This document shows positions 11,601-26,899 of a stretch of DNA of 64,000 nt, piece after piece. Position numbers and translations under genes: made by a program. Below the pieces are notes generated by a model. The model was not told the origin of the DNA, did not search any database, and saw nothing but the letters and a program-made list of their open reading frames with translations. The DNA lies in contig NC_134035.1 in the NCBI RefSeq assembly GCF_964204645.1, positions 2,356,001 to 2,420,000 of the forward strand. Reading direction: 5' to 3'. The stretch's first letter is position 1. The number at the start of each line of letters is the position of its first letter. The stretch comes from Tubulanus polymorphus (lineage: Eukaryota; Animalia; Nemertea).

Positions 11601-14600
11601 ACGTAGCGACCTCTATATGAAACTGTTCCTCTGAAATATAAACCGTAAAACTATTAGAGAATTTGTCACTTTTTATCACATATGAAATAAACAGACAGGG
11701 GCGGATCTAGGGGTCTGATTTAGGGAGGGTGACCCTCTCAAATACAGCATATCATTTAATTAGAAAGGCACCCTGAAAGAAAACTCATCAGAGAACATTA
11801 CCTCATTTTTGGAAGTACAGGGTGCAATCTAACCTTTTTAAGCACCAGTTTAATATTTTTAATCTTCCTGTAAAATTTCAAGGCATGTTAACATTTTTTA
11901 CATTTTTAGGGAGGGGGGTGCGCATCCCCCTTGGATCCGCCCCTGACAGACCAAGATATTAGAGAAGCTTAAACTTATAAGCATGTTATACTGAAATGGC
12001 GCTTTTTTAAAGTTTCATAATCTATCAGCCAAAGCTCCGAAGGGAAGCAGAGTAGATTGTAGCATCACTGCGTGTGGCCACGTGGAATAATGGAAGTCTT
12101 ACGTACATGCATCAACTATAGCCCGAACCTCCTTCGACTTTCAAATAGTTCCGGCTCTACCGCAACTTCAGAATTCACTCGAAACATTTTGAAATTGAAA
12201 AGGAACTACAAACACCAGGCATCAGCCATTTGATGAGGAAAATTTCAGAATGTGATGTCCAGGCATCATCTGTATGAAGTGGGTAATTACAAGCAGGGTG
12301 CAGGTTTATAGGAGGTACAGTACATGAAAGGTAGAATCATGCAGAGTCGTATATTCCTTATTATAACCCTACAGATTCAGGTTTGAGAGACAAGAACTTC
12401 ATTATCAACGAAACTTTGATACATTGTAAATCATCGATCTGTACAACTCGCTTAATTTGGATTTTTCTATCGAGATTTCATTTAATTCGGATGAAACATT
12501 TTGGTCCGAATTACCTGGAACTGTGTAAACTATTAGGGCCTACTCATTATTTGGATTTTACTTCATTCAGAGAAGAAATCTAAGTCGTCCGAATTAAGTG
12601 AGCTCTATTGTGTTATTACCGTAGTAACGCAAATTAAGTGATTCGTCGATTCATTCAATCGTGATTCTACATATCGATCGACGTTATTCAGAAAAGCGAA
12701 ACATTTTTTTCCATTTCATCAGATAATTTTTGCCACAGTGCAATAATAATTACCGTATTAGTGAAAATACACGAAAGGAAACATTTCATAAAGCAATCAT
12801 TGATTAGGCGTTTTATAGTGTTTTATGAAAGAGTGTGTGTGCAGCCGAAATATATGGAGCGGTGTCCACGTACAAACTAAACCTACACTGTTCAAGATAC
12901 GATACATATGATTAGGAAGAGATTTTTGGACTAAACATTACAATATTTTTCAATAGACTCCCTGTTAACCTCCCTGATACAATTAACCTGTCTAATCTGG
13001 ATCAATTTACAGTCCGCCTATATAACTTAAATATATAGGTTGCGTATGTTGAAAAATTCAGTGGTCCTCATCGGAGATTTTTTGAAATTCTAGCCTTTTT
13101 CACCGATTCAGTAATTTGCAATTTGAAATTTTCTTTGCAAAAGTATATTGTATACCCATTATTCAACACATCGGGGCGCAATCTTTTTAAACTTTTAAAT
13201 CATCTCCAGTACTTTTGGGTATCAACAAGTGAGCACTGAAAGGGTTAACGTAGATTCTCCCCTAAAACCCGAATATCATATCTTGAACAGTGAGTTTATA
13301 AGATTATTCATATTCGTATCGTCGCTTCGCTTACCAAATTCGTTGGCCAATTTATCAAGTTTGCCTTGGTTGCGACTTAATAGCAGTAAGTTAAGCCCTT
13401 GACTGGCTAATTCGTGGCAGAACGCCCTCCCAATACCCTCGGTACAACCAGTGACAACTTAAACGACACAATGAAATAATCACATATTTAGGGTGACACA
13501 ACATGAGTATCTATATATATATATAAATATATATATGAATCTTTTTAACTGGGCGTTAAACAAACACAGAGCTGAAGACATAAAACATAATATTTTTCTC
13601 AGCAAAAATACTCATTTAATATTAACAAATGAAATAAATTTCTATAACTTTTTTTGCAATTTAGGCCAATATTTACATTTTAAATTATTGGTATTTGGAA
13701 AATTTGCTCTTTCATGCAGCATCACACTTAGGATTCTATGGCTAGTGGATTTGTATGCCACATTTCGATTTCAATCTATAAAGCACAGTTCTTCTATATC
13801 ACTGTTATAAGCTCTATGTCTTTAACTCTGGTTGGATTAACGAGTTAAAAAGGCTAACGACAATTTGACATAGTTTACCGTTATAGCATATAGCGCATGA
13901 ATAGGGTCTGCGGCACTGCTACTGTGGCAAGCAAGGATTTAGCGATAATCCACCAGGTGTCGCAAGTGGCACTCGGTTACCGCACTCCTACATTTCAATT
14001 AAATTCGAATCTAATTTTCTCATCAGTAAATCAATTTTCGGCGTACCATAAACTGAGTGAGAAAGTCAATCTTATATCTACATATTCGATGACTTGTTTG
14101 ATAATATTCGATTTGGAGCTCCAAAAGTTAAGCTCAAATTTTATTGAAAATGAACAAATTTCCACAGCGAATAACTCGGTGCATTGTTGCGCCATCTGGT
14201 GAGTGCCGGTGCCCCATTAAACTATAGGCCTTTTTATGAACCAGCAAAATCGAAATAGATTAGCTATTTAGATTATATAGCCGATTAGTGTCAATTAGCA
14301 TAACCGGGTATGTTGTTTGATAAAAACGCCAGGTAGAAATTATTCAATTATGGCCTACTCAGTAGCGACTTCTACCGAGAACACCATATCGGTTGGATTA
14401 GATAATCGGCATACTTGCTCGCCGAGCGAGTATGCTGAGTATGCTAATCGATTATGATAACCAATGTTCATAAAAATGACGGATTATGACATAATCCATG
14501 CTCATAAAAACGTTTTGCATACTCGAATATACTAATCGAGTGTTCATAAAAAGGCCTTATGTCATTTGCCTTCTTGTTTACGCATAGCCTACCTCTGCAT

Positions 14601-15622
14601 CGCGATGACGTATTTTGAGATATCGTTCACAAATTACTCAACTTGAACTAACATCAAATCATTCTTTCTTTCATTTTGGTTTTGAAAACAATTTGTTTCC
14701 CTTCGACGTTTTCGATTTTTTAAATATGAACATGAACACCATCCGCCGAGATATCTCAAAATATGTCCCCTTTACGCGAGAAGGCAGTTCACACCTCGCG
14801 AGAAAAAAAAACGAAAAAACATTTATTAGGCTATCAAACTTTTACGCATCGACCTTACCGATCTCCTTGGCAACTTTCTCTAGGAAAGGCTGGTCGGGTT
14901 TACTTATCATGACGAGATTAATGCCGTGACTCGCTAGTTCCTGCGCGTACGCCTTTCCGATACCCTCGCTGCATCCGGTAACCACTGACAACAGCAGCAG
15001 CAACGACAACAATCAGATACATAATAAACTTTATCAAGCTTGAATACAGTTAACCTCGTTGATTTCTTCTATCGAGATGGATATGATGACTTAAGCAAGG
15101 TTAACAAACATTTCTAATTAGGCCTTTAGTAATATAATGTACAGTTAGGCCTCTCTTTAGTAGTTATCAGATTTAACTTTTTTATTTGAATTTAGAGCGC
15201 CAACAAATCTTGAGACTTCCGAAAGAAAAAGATTGTTTCTTCTTCAACAAGAACTACAGCTTCAACGAGAACAACAGCTTGCATACTAAACTTAACAAAA
15301 TGCATATCACTGCAAGGTCTTAAAACTAATGGTTAAAATTTAACAGGAGTCTCCTTCATTCAAGGAGAAGAGTCCCACACACAGAGTAGTAGACACACCA
15401 CATGCACGTACCTGCCCATTTTCCAAATTTGTTCTTGAGGTTTATCGGAGCTATTCTGCTGATAAAATGCGCGCCGACAGCGTTCAATATCGCAGCTACA
15501 GCTCCTATAGTCTTCGTGCCGACGTAATATGCCCCGATTGCGGCGAACGTGTCGTTAACCGACGTGAAAACATTGGCTATTTCTTTTGACAGATGCTCGA
15601 AGTTGTCAACGGCGGCGGCCAT
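8670..15622 (-). CDS. HSDL1: Hydroxysteroid dehydrogenase-like protein 1 (HSDL1; 17-beta-HSD3/12 family SDR), about 382 aa, spliced
   Basis: Exons (minus): 15622-15412; 14984-14859 (2a) or 13457-13335 (2b); 11630-11520; 11225-11167; 10701-10657; 10537-10503; 10101-10020; 9635-9408; 8921-8670. All introns GT-AG and phase-consistent. Motifs KFGKWAVVTGCxEGIG, ILVNNVG, GAVINISSG, YSATK, VQCLTPYYVAT, TTGYWPHTLQ and IPDCIYMWGA resemble the HSDL1 subfamily. Confidence 0.9.
9014..9347. mobile_element. MITE in last HSDL1 intron
   Basis: TIR CATGGTTCCCACAG/CTGTGGGAACCATG flanked by the direct repeat TTCTCA on both sides (6-bp TSD). Confidence 0.8.
11696..11945. mobile_element. MITE with CAGGGGCGGATC TIRs; another copy at 10957-11134
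   Basis: TIRs CAGGGGCGGATCTAG/TTGGATCCGCCCCTG, flanking duplication ACAGA(C). Confidence 0.75.
12880..13298. mobile_element. Non-autonomous DNA transposon beside HSDL1 exon 2b
   Basis: TIRs CACTGTTCAAGATACGATA / TATCATATCTTGAACAGTG. Confidence 0.6.
13335..13457 (-). CDS. HSDL1: HSDL1 exon 2b, duplicate Rossmann exon, 123 nt, phase 1-1
   Basis: GTCGTTTAAG| ... |GTAAGC; encodes VVTGCTEGIGRAFCHELASQGLNLLLLSRNQGKLDKLANEF with no stop or frameshift. Confidence 0.85.
14226..14557. mobile_element. MITE between HSDL1 exons 2a and 2b
   Basis: TIRs AGGCCTTTTTATGAAC / GTTCATAAAAAGGCCT. Confidence 0.75.
14859..14984 (-). CDS. HSDL1: HSDL1 exon 2a (Rossmann beta1-alpha1-beta2), 126 nt, phase 1-1
   Basis: GTTGTCAG| ... 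|GTAAGG; encodes VVTGCSEGIGKAYAQELASHGINLVMISKPDQPFLEKVAKEI. Confidence 0.88.
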
Positions 15623-16363
15623 GTTTGAACTGCCCGGCCGACCAACCGGATGGGGATGTGGAAAACTGGCCGGACGGCCGGACCAGGATCAACTGTTTAG
15701 TGACTCCACCGTCACAGTGTTAATCATTGACTAGTATATTGGAACCATTTCGGCATCAATCGCTTTGATTATTCTACGCGAATAAATATCGAAGCCAGGA
15801 TTCGAAAAACTTCTCAATTACCACAGCCAGATCCTGTTTGAAAAAATTAGTTTTTCCAAATGTTTTTATGGTCAAATCACCCACATTTCTACTGAAGAAT
15901 CACACAACTGCTTAACATTTTTCAGTTTTTACCCAATTCTAGTTAGTAACCTAATCGTTGGTGGTAAGGTTTTTATAATCGGATGGGCTTATACCAGCTT
16001 ATTGTGGTTTGTGAAAATATCCGATCGTGAAACTAAACCACAGACAGGTTACTGACTAACCCAATTCATGAGTTTTAGTATCTTTTTGAAAGGTATCCTG
16101 CATGTCCATTAGTTAGTGGTCCATTGGTGTTGTGCTTCAATATTTGGATATCCCATTGTCTCTACTGTAATCATACTGACTAATAACTCTAATCACCAGT
16201 AAAAACAACAAATACAATTTTTTGTAAACCAGTATAATATAACAAAAATGCGTACATTCAAAAAATGATTGACATTAAATACAACTATTTGTATCATTAA
16301 AATTCCACATGAAAGACTTGAGGGTACTGCGCTCAGTGGCGTTTATAAAATATAACAATCTCT

Positions 16364-19861
<3,498 letters not shown>

Positions 19862-20070
19862 GTAAGATCCGCAAGTCGTTAAAAACAAATAATGGGCTTA
19901 AAAAATTCAAGAATGAATGGTCGGGGATTTTCCGATGGAGCGTTCTGGGGATACCGGTACCGACGTCGTCGTCAATCGTCATTCGCCAATCGTCATTCGC
20001 CAACCGTCAATCGTCATTCGCCAACCGTCAATCGCTACGTCGAACGCGCCATAGACTGTGGCAAGTGAGT
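19862..20070. promoter_or_regulatory. Probable compact bidirectional promoter between JMJD7 (-) and the ORP8-like gene (+)
   Basis: CpG-rich stretch directly upstream of the JMJD7 ATG. Plus-strand donor CAA|GTGAGT at 20064/20065. The next strong plus-strand exon is at 22563. Confidence 0.45.
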
Positions 20071-22562
20071 AAAAAGTTAGTTCCCGTTTTTACCGCCATC
20101 GTTACACTTCCATGCGATATTACAACAAATTTTATGTTCTACACGAATTATATAATCTGCATCCTCGATCACTGTAATGTGGTTTGAGTAGTAATGAAAA
20201 TAAAATCTAAAAGTCTTAGAGACAGACCGCTTTGCACTGTGGCATGTGAGTAAAGCCGATGAACTTTGCTCGCTCCTAACAAAAGCTTTACTTTACAAAA
20301 ATACGGCATGCCAAAGGAAAATGCTGGCTTCAACCAATACTCGAAATAAGTTGGCGGGTGCCCTCTAATAAAGTCAACAATTTCCAACTTGGCATCCCGA
20401 CATATTTTGTTCCAATTTCATCTTCAAACAAGAGAATCAGCCCTGAACAAAGAGTTCTTATCCCCTTCTACTAGAAATAATTCGCAATATTTTTCTTTAT
20501 CGGATGATTTCTGTTAGTAGTCGATGCGCGCGGTTCGAAATCCAACACTCCGTAATACGGCGCCATCTTACGGGATGCTGGTAACTACTCAAAGATGGTG
20601 ACAGCATCTTTCCTCGGTCAACCACTATTGCAGCTCTGCCTCTGTCATCAGTTTTGAAGCGTTTTCATGACCTAGCTTTACATGACAAGATGGAATAGTT
20701 CGCCGGGAAGGTCAGTAGATGCATTAGATTTACCGCTGTATCTCGGTACCGCCGGTACACTCTTCTCATCTTTTCAAAATTCATTTTTCATGATCTACAA
20801 AATGCAGTCGATGATGCCACCAGCTAGAGGCAAGCAAGAACGACGACACTTCGTCACACCAGGCCCACTTACTTGTCACTGACAGCTGTCAGTGCAATTA
20901 ATATTAGTTATACTGTACTGTTGACTTTCTATTTCAATTGTTATTGGTCATTGACCTTGTTGTATTGCCTTATGTTATTATATATTATACCATGGCATGG
21001 GTTTGAGCTTTTTTATGCCGTCCTTGCTTGTGTTATGCCATGGGTTTATGAGCTTTATGCGGGGTTCATAAAACTGCTAATATCTGGCTCAGGGGGCCTG
21101 TCCTGGGCTGGGAGACCATACCGGTATTATATCTAAGAATGAATCAAATTTTCTTGTATCATCATTTGATTGAACGAAGCAAGTCTTAGTATTTGAGCCT
21201 TATAGTCTAGTTAAGTGCTATTAACTTAATGCTACTTTTTGGAAAATATGTAAGACCTTGGTTTGTGCATATTTTCACAAATATGTTACAAAGTGCTGAA
21301 ATTTATTATACCAAGCTAAGTTGAATTTTTACATAGGTCTTCAAGGTGCCTGAAACTTTTTTTATCATGGCATTTGTAATAATAATACCAAATGTTGACC
21401 AAATAATCAAAAGCCAAGCACACATCACTTCTGGGCAATAATAACATGTCCTGAATGAAGTGATTTGTCCATTAGGTTATTGTTATTGTTTGACAAGTCA
21501 TAATGAGCAGTTACAATGTGTTAGGCACAATTTACTAAAAAGTGCTACTTTTTCGGCCCTGCAAAATGCTGCTGAAAAGTACTTGCTACAAACTGTTACT
21601 TACTTTCTGTTTCACTAAACTCTGAGACTTAGTTTTTGTAAATGTAATGTTTCGTGTGGTCTTGTGTTGAGTTGGAGGGTTTCGTGTGAACATAATTTCT
21701 GGTTCATTTTTCATTAAACTACTATTTTCAATATCAAATTACTCTCATTTTTGGTCCGAACTGCTACACTTTCAGATATGATAACATACCCAGCTCAGGA
21801 CCAATCTCTGCTTTATTGTTTATGCTCATTAGAAAATGGGTCTTGATCTTAGAATAGGGAATAACGAATGGGTCTTGAATTACCGGTAGGCTTATATGCT
21901 TCTATTGATTATTGGTTACCTGGTATCTTTATCTAAGATTTGAATCTCATTCAGCTTAGGGTGGCCTGGGGGACTGTATTGAATTAATCAAAAACTCATA
22001 CCTGTATTTGAATTTGGGTCAAATGTCAACAGTTGAAATTGTTATAAGTCCAACATAAGAATCGATATATAAGCGACCTCAATGTCCATGTTCTCCGTAG
22101 GGCTATCTTCTTCTACCCTTTTATTGCAGCTTCAATTACAGGCTTCGATGAATTTTCTTTGCACGATAATCTTTTACAGGAATGGATCTTTTTGAATCTA
22201 GTGAACTGGGAAACTATGAGAATTCCGGTGTAAGTAATCGACTAACAATATTGTAGTAATTGTAATTGTGATTTTTATCATCCGTACGTTACAAGTTATG
22301 CGTAAAGCGTAATAGTTATATTGTAGAAAATTATGCATATTTACCAACGTAATGATGTCAATATTGATATTATACTCTATAGAAAGGAATGGTCCAGAGC
22401 CAAGTTGGCTGTAACCCATAGGGTGGACCACACCTAAATGGAGAGGGCTATAAACAAGGGGCTGAGTAAAGAGGTTTAAAAACACTGGTAATGTAGAGAT
22501 ATAAATAGATATATAGAAATATAGGCCTAGAAGATATCATTTTTTTTCTTCTTTACTTGCAG

Positions 22563-22659
22563 AGAAAGTGTGTTTCGTTGCATGAAAATGTGGATAGCCG
22601 TGGTTCGCATGCCATCATCGGCGCCACCGAAAAGGGGCTAGGGTTCAATTCTGAAAGTG
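22563..22659 (+). other. Candidate upstream exon (5'UTR or coding) of the ORP8-like gene
   Basis: Very strong polypyrimidine tract TTTTTTTTCTTCTTTACTTGCAG| and donor G|GTAAGT. One open frame (RKCVSLHENVDSRGSHAIIGATEKGLGFNSES) ends in phase 1, compatible with the 39463 exon. Confidence 0.6.
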
Positions 22660-22965
22660 GTAAGTTAGCAATCGGCCCACAGTCTCCCCAATGGGCTATC
22701 GTACGTATGATTTAGTCGTCTTACCTTCAGTAGATATGTCACTTATACAGGATAAGTTTAGGCAACCTAGGACCTATTTCATAGAATGATTTAACATGTC
22801 AACGATAGTTTCTTTCATCATGATGACAATATGACATAAAGCCTATATCTGTTACAAAAATCTGTGTGAAAATTCAAGAAAGATTTCTATCATTATATTT
22901 TGATCCCTTTTTTATGCCGAATCCTGTGGAACCCAGGAAGTTGATTAAGTTTTGTTTTACTCAGT

Positions 22966-23102
22966 CCTGGGCCCGGTTTCACGAAAAAGTTAAACTCAAA
23001 TTTTAGGTGTAATTGCCATTGGTTACTTCATGTTTTCAATGAGGACAACAATTCAAACTTAACCGTTTTAGGCTTAAACTTTTTCGTGAAACTGGACCCA
23101 GG
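22966..23102. mobile_element. Short palindromic MITE
   Basis: CCTGGGCCCGGTTTCACGAAAAAGTT / AACTTTTTCGTGAAACTGGACCCAGG. Confidence 0.75.
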
Positions 23103-26100
23103 TTGTGAATATTACTACTCTAGTTATTGTTCCATGACGTGAAAACTATCGTTAAACATGTAGAAAAATGATGTGATGAAATGTGTAAAATCTTAGCGCT
23201 TTGTTCTGAAAAAAATATGGATAAAATGTAAAAATTCTGCTGGAATTTCATCTCGATCAGTGATCATGTTTTTCAAAAGACCAGCTTCACCGCAGTTATC
23301 TTGATAGCTATAGGGAAGGGGTCTCAGTAGGGTGCTTTTTTTTCCTAGACAGGTCAGGATATATTAGCCCCTGCTGTAGTGGCTAAAATCCTGACATCAT
23401 ACATAAGTAATTCATCTGCGTACAGACCCGCTGCTAAAAATCGATGACCCGCCCTTTGGGAAACAACCGTTTTGAATATTTGATACTGGGGCTGAGATGG
23501 AATGTCTCAATTTCACATAGACATTGACTGTGGCTGTTTACATTGACTGCTTGTTAATTCAATTTGTGTCCAGAGCTAAAACCACCACCACCACTATACA
23601 GACATATGTATCATTTATTCAAGATTGCGTTGATATTCAGTATCATCGGATAAAGCTATTATACAAATCTATGGATTTCTGGACTGAAGAGTTACGCGGT
23701 CTGACTTACTAACACCAAAAGTGATCTCGATAACACGGGATCCGTTCTCTAACTCAGATGTTGTAGTAATGACATAACGGGTCTTCAGTTGTTTCATCGG
23801 GCTTTAGTGGTCGTCAGTTAGTAATGCTACAACAAGAATATGGTCTTAGTCTCGTCTGAAGACACAATATAATAAGACTTGATTCTGATATCTATGTATA
23901 TATCACTCTTTAGATGTAATGCATTTTGGAATTTCATTTACCTCCCATGTGATCTGCCGATCCGGCTTATCGGTCATTTTCTTAATAGATAGGGCCCTAG
24001 CGATAAATGAAATGGATCTTTAACTTTATAGTATACAGGGAAAGATGGTTGATAGACATCCGGCGGGTGAGCTGGTGAAATTCATGAATTAGAAATAAGG
24101 GAACCTGGCTATACGTGCCTGGAATAGAATGATCTTCCTTTTCTCCTTTTACTTCGCAATGTATGGTCTTACACAGACCTGAAAGGGATCATTCATTTAT
24201 AGCATACGAATGAAATTTGAATTTTCAACCTCCTATACGCAAAATCGGCCATTTTTCATATACATTAGGCATCACAGTACGTAATTGCACTTACCCCCTC
24301 CCCTAATAAATGTTAAAAAAAAGAAGAATTCTGTTAACTCGACCGCCGATCACACAACTATATTTGTACTTCGATTTCCGATTTAAAAATCGAACCCCCT
24401 GTTTCGCTCCCGGCAGGTGTGGTGGGTCTGTATGGGGACACTCAATCAAAAAATCAAACGAAATTTACCAGCCAAATAAATAACAGGGAAATTCCCTATT
24501 TAAGTTAATAAATGAATGACCCCATACTAAAATCACACCTATAAGATAACAGACAAATACACCCCGCCGCTTCCTGGATATGTTACATATGAAATGTCTC
24601 GTTAGCATTCAAGTCGATACATTACTCAATGCAACGCAATCATCCATTGATTATAACATGGATTCGGCACATTTCACTTTGAAGAGAATGTATCGAATTA
24701 AATTCCGTACCGCGGTGGCAGCAGCCGAACAATGATAAATCACTGCATTATCAATCACAATCTGTATTTGTATACGGATCGAACGTATGGAAAAGCTTTT
24801 AAACGGTCCGGGGTGAGATGGGTATGCGATTTAGAACGTGACTTGGTTATTGGACGGATTTGATTTAGAATGGTTATCGTTGCGAAAAGTTTATACTAAC
24901 ACTATCCGGCTAGCTCGTCTGAATGCCTATTACTGAATAAACAAAATAAACAATTTCAAAAAGTTGAAAACTGGATCCATCAACCATGAATTAGAATATT
25001 ATATAATATTTAGATTTTTAGGCACGTCAAATGCTTAAACAAGAAAAAGCAACTTCAAAGTTTATCGATACATTGAAAAAACTATGAAATGTGTTTAGTT
25101 ACCAAAACAACACCAAAAATGCTCAAAATTTACACTCTAATGTACGTAATTGTTATTTTGAAACATCAATATCGATGACATAGTGCACATCGACTCACAC
25201 AGTACCCATTATACTAGGTATCAATATATATATATATAAACATTATTGTAACGCTTTTGACGGCGTCAAAAAAGTCAGTTACTCATATGACGACCGTGCA
25301 AGAATACATTGTCATGAATCGAAAGATAATTTCTTATCTCAGCGGGTTAGGTTTATTACGTGCGAATTCGCGCCACGCGGCGTGTATATCTTATAAGTGA
25401 ACTGATAAATGAACTGTAAGTATATATTCTAAATCATGAAATACCGGGCGCGTATTAATTATTATTATTATTAATGACTCGTTATATATACCTAACAGAG
25501 GAGTAATTGAATAACACGCTTCTAATACCGGAAATTACCTTTGTTATAGAAGAGGCTGGGTATCATTGATATGTCTACCGTGGTTTTGATGGTTTGAATG
25601 TCGTCGGTGCACTTACTGATCCTTTCTTACTCGTTTTTGGCCCGTGTCAACCGTTAACACGGGTGCCAAACGGATCCGACGCTGTTCGACGAGGGCCAAA
25701 TCCGACCCGACCAAAAACGTCGTACCAGGCCCGAGCCAGATTTTAGCGCGGGCCCGTGTGAATTGCGACTGGTTCCGAAAGTGACTCACTTCCATTTGTT
25801 GAAGCATTGTTTAGTATCGGGAGTGGATGGTGTGAACCATCTCCAGGCCTGGGCCAAATTTGATTCGAAATATTGTACATAATAATCTTGCGTATGTATG
25901 AATCAAATGATTGAAGTTATCATTACTATCAATATCCATGACATCTCCATTCTCTTTAACTCTCATCCTCGATGCACCTCCTTTTTCTCCCTTTCATTCC
26001 TTTTCCTCTCATCCTTCTTATATTCCGAAATCCATCCATCGAGTAACTTGCGCCGCCGATATTGATATTCCTCGCCATTTTCTACATGTATCGTACTGTG

Positions 26101-26899
26101 TCATCTCCTCAAGACTAAAAGAAGCATTCGGACGAAAACAAAAACAAAAACAAAAACAAACTCAGTTAAAAAAACAAAGCAAATCATTCTGCCTGGAACA
26201 TCGCTGCTTGTGCAATTTTGATTTTCCGGCGTTTTCTACAATCCCGGATGTTTTATGCTGTTTGTCTGATTATTTACCGCTCTGCACCGTCGTTGTGGTA
26301 CGTATATCACGGCTGATTGATGCATATCGATCTCTCCTCTCTCTTTTCTCTCTCCTCTTTCCTCTCTCTGCTCTCTCTCCACTGCTCTCTGGACGAACTC
26401 TTATCTTATCCAATGGCGAGAAGCGTTTATTTCACTGCCAAATCAATCTCTCAAACTGCAGCTTTTAATCGGTGAAGATAAAATTGAAATGGAATTGAGC
26501 GGAAGCTTGTTAACCACGAAAGCTGCTTTCGTGAATTTCATCGACCTTTTCGAATTGCGTGGTAAACGTACTTGGGAAAGTTGACGAAAGTCATTTTGTT
26601 AGATTAGCCATGAACGAAATTGGAAATGAAAAGTTGCGCAGTACGATCAATAGGCCATTACAAGCCGCGATCACACAGAGATGATTTGTTGGCCGAAGCC
26701 AAATTAGAGAACGCGTTCACATATGTAAACCACTGACTCCATACTAAACAATGTCACTTCTGGCACCAGTTGTAATTCAAAGGCAATAAGTGGACCCATG
26801 CTAAAATTTGGCTCAAGCCTCGTACGACTTTTTTGATCAGGCCAAATGTTTTCCGGGGGATTTTTACCTGTTATCTAGCTCGAAGACTTTCCAGGAATC

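Noticed and set aside
13335-13457. Exon 2b as part of a second, separate HSDL1 paralogue
   Set aside because: No second copy of exon 1 or exons 3-9 was found; only this exon is duplicated.
25911-26468. Longest unexplained ORF (185 aa)
   Set aside because: Low-complexity pyrimidine and A-rich tracts, non-ATG start, no recognisable domain or splice context.
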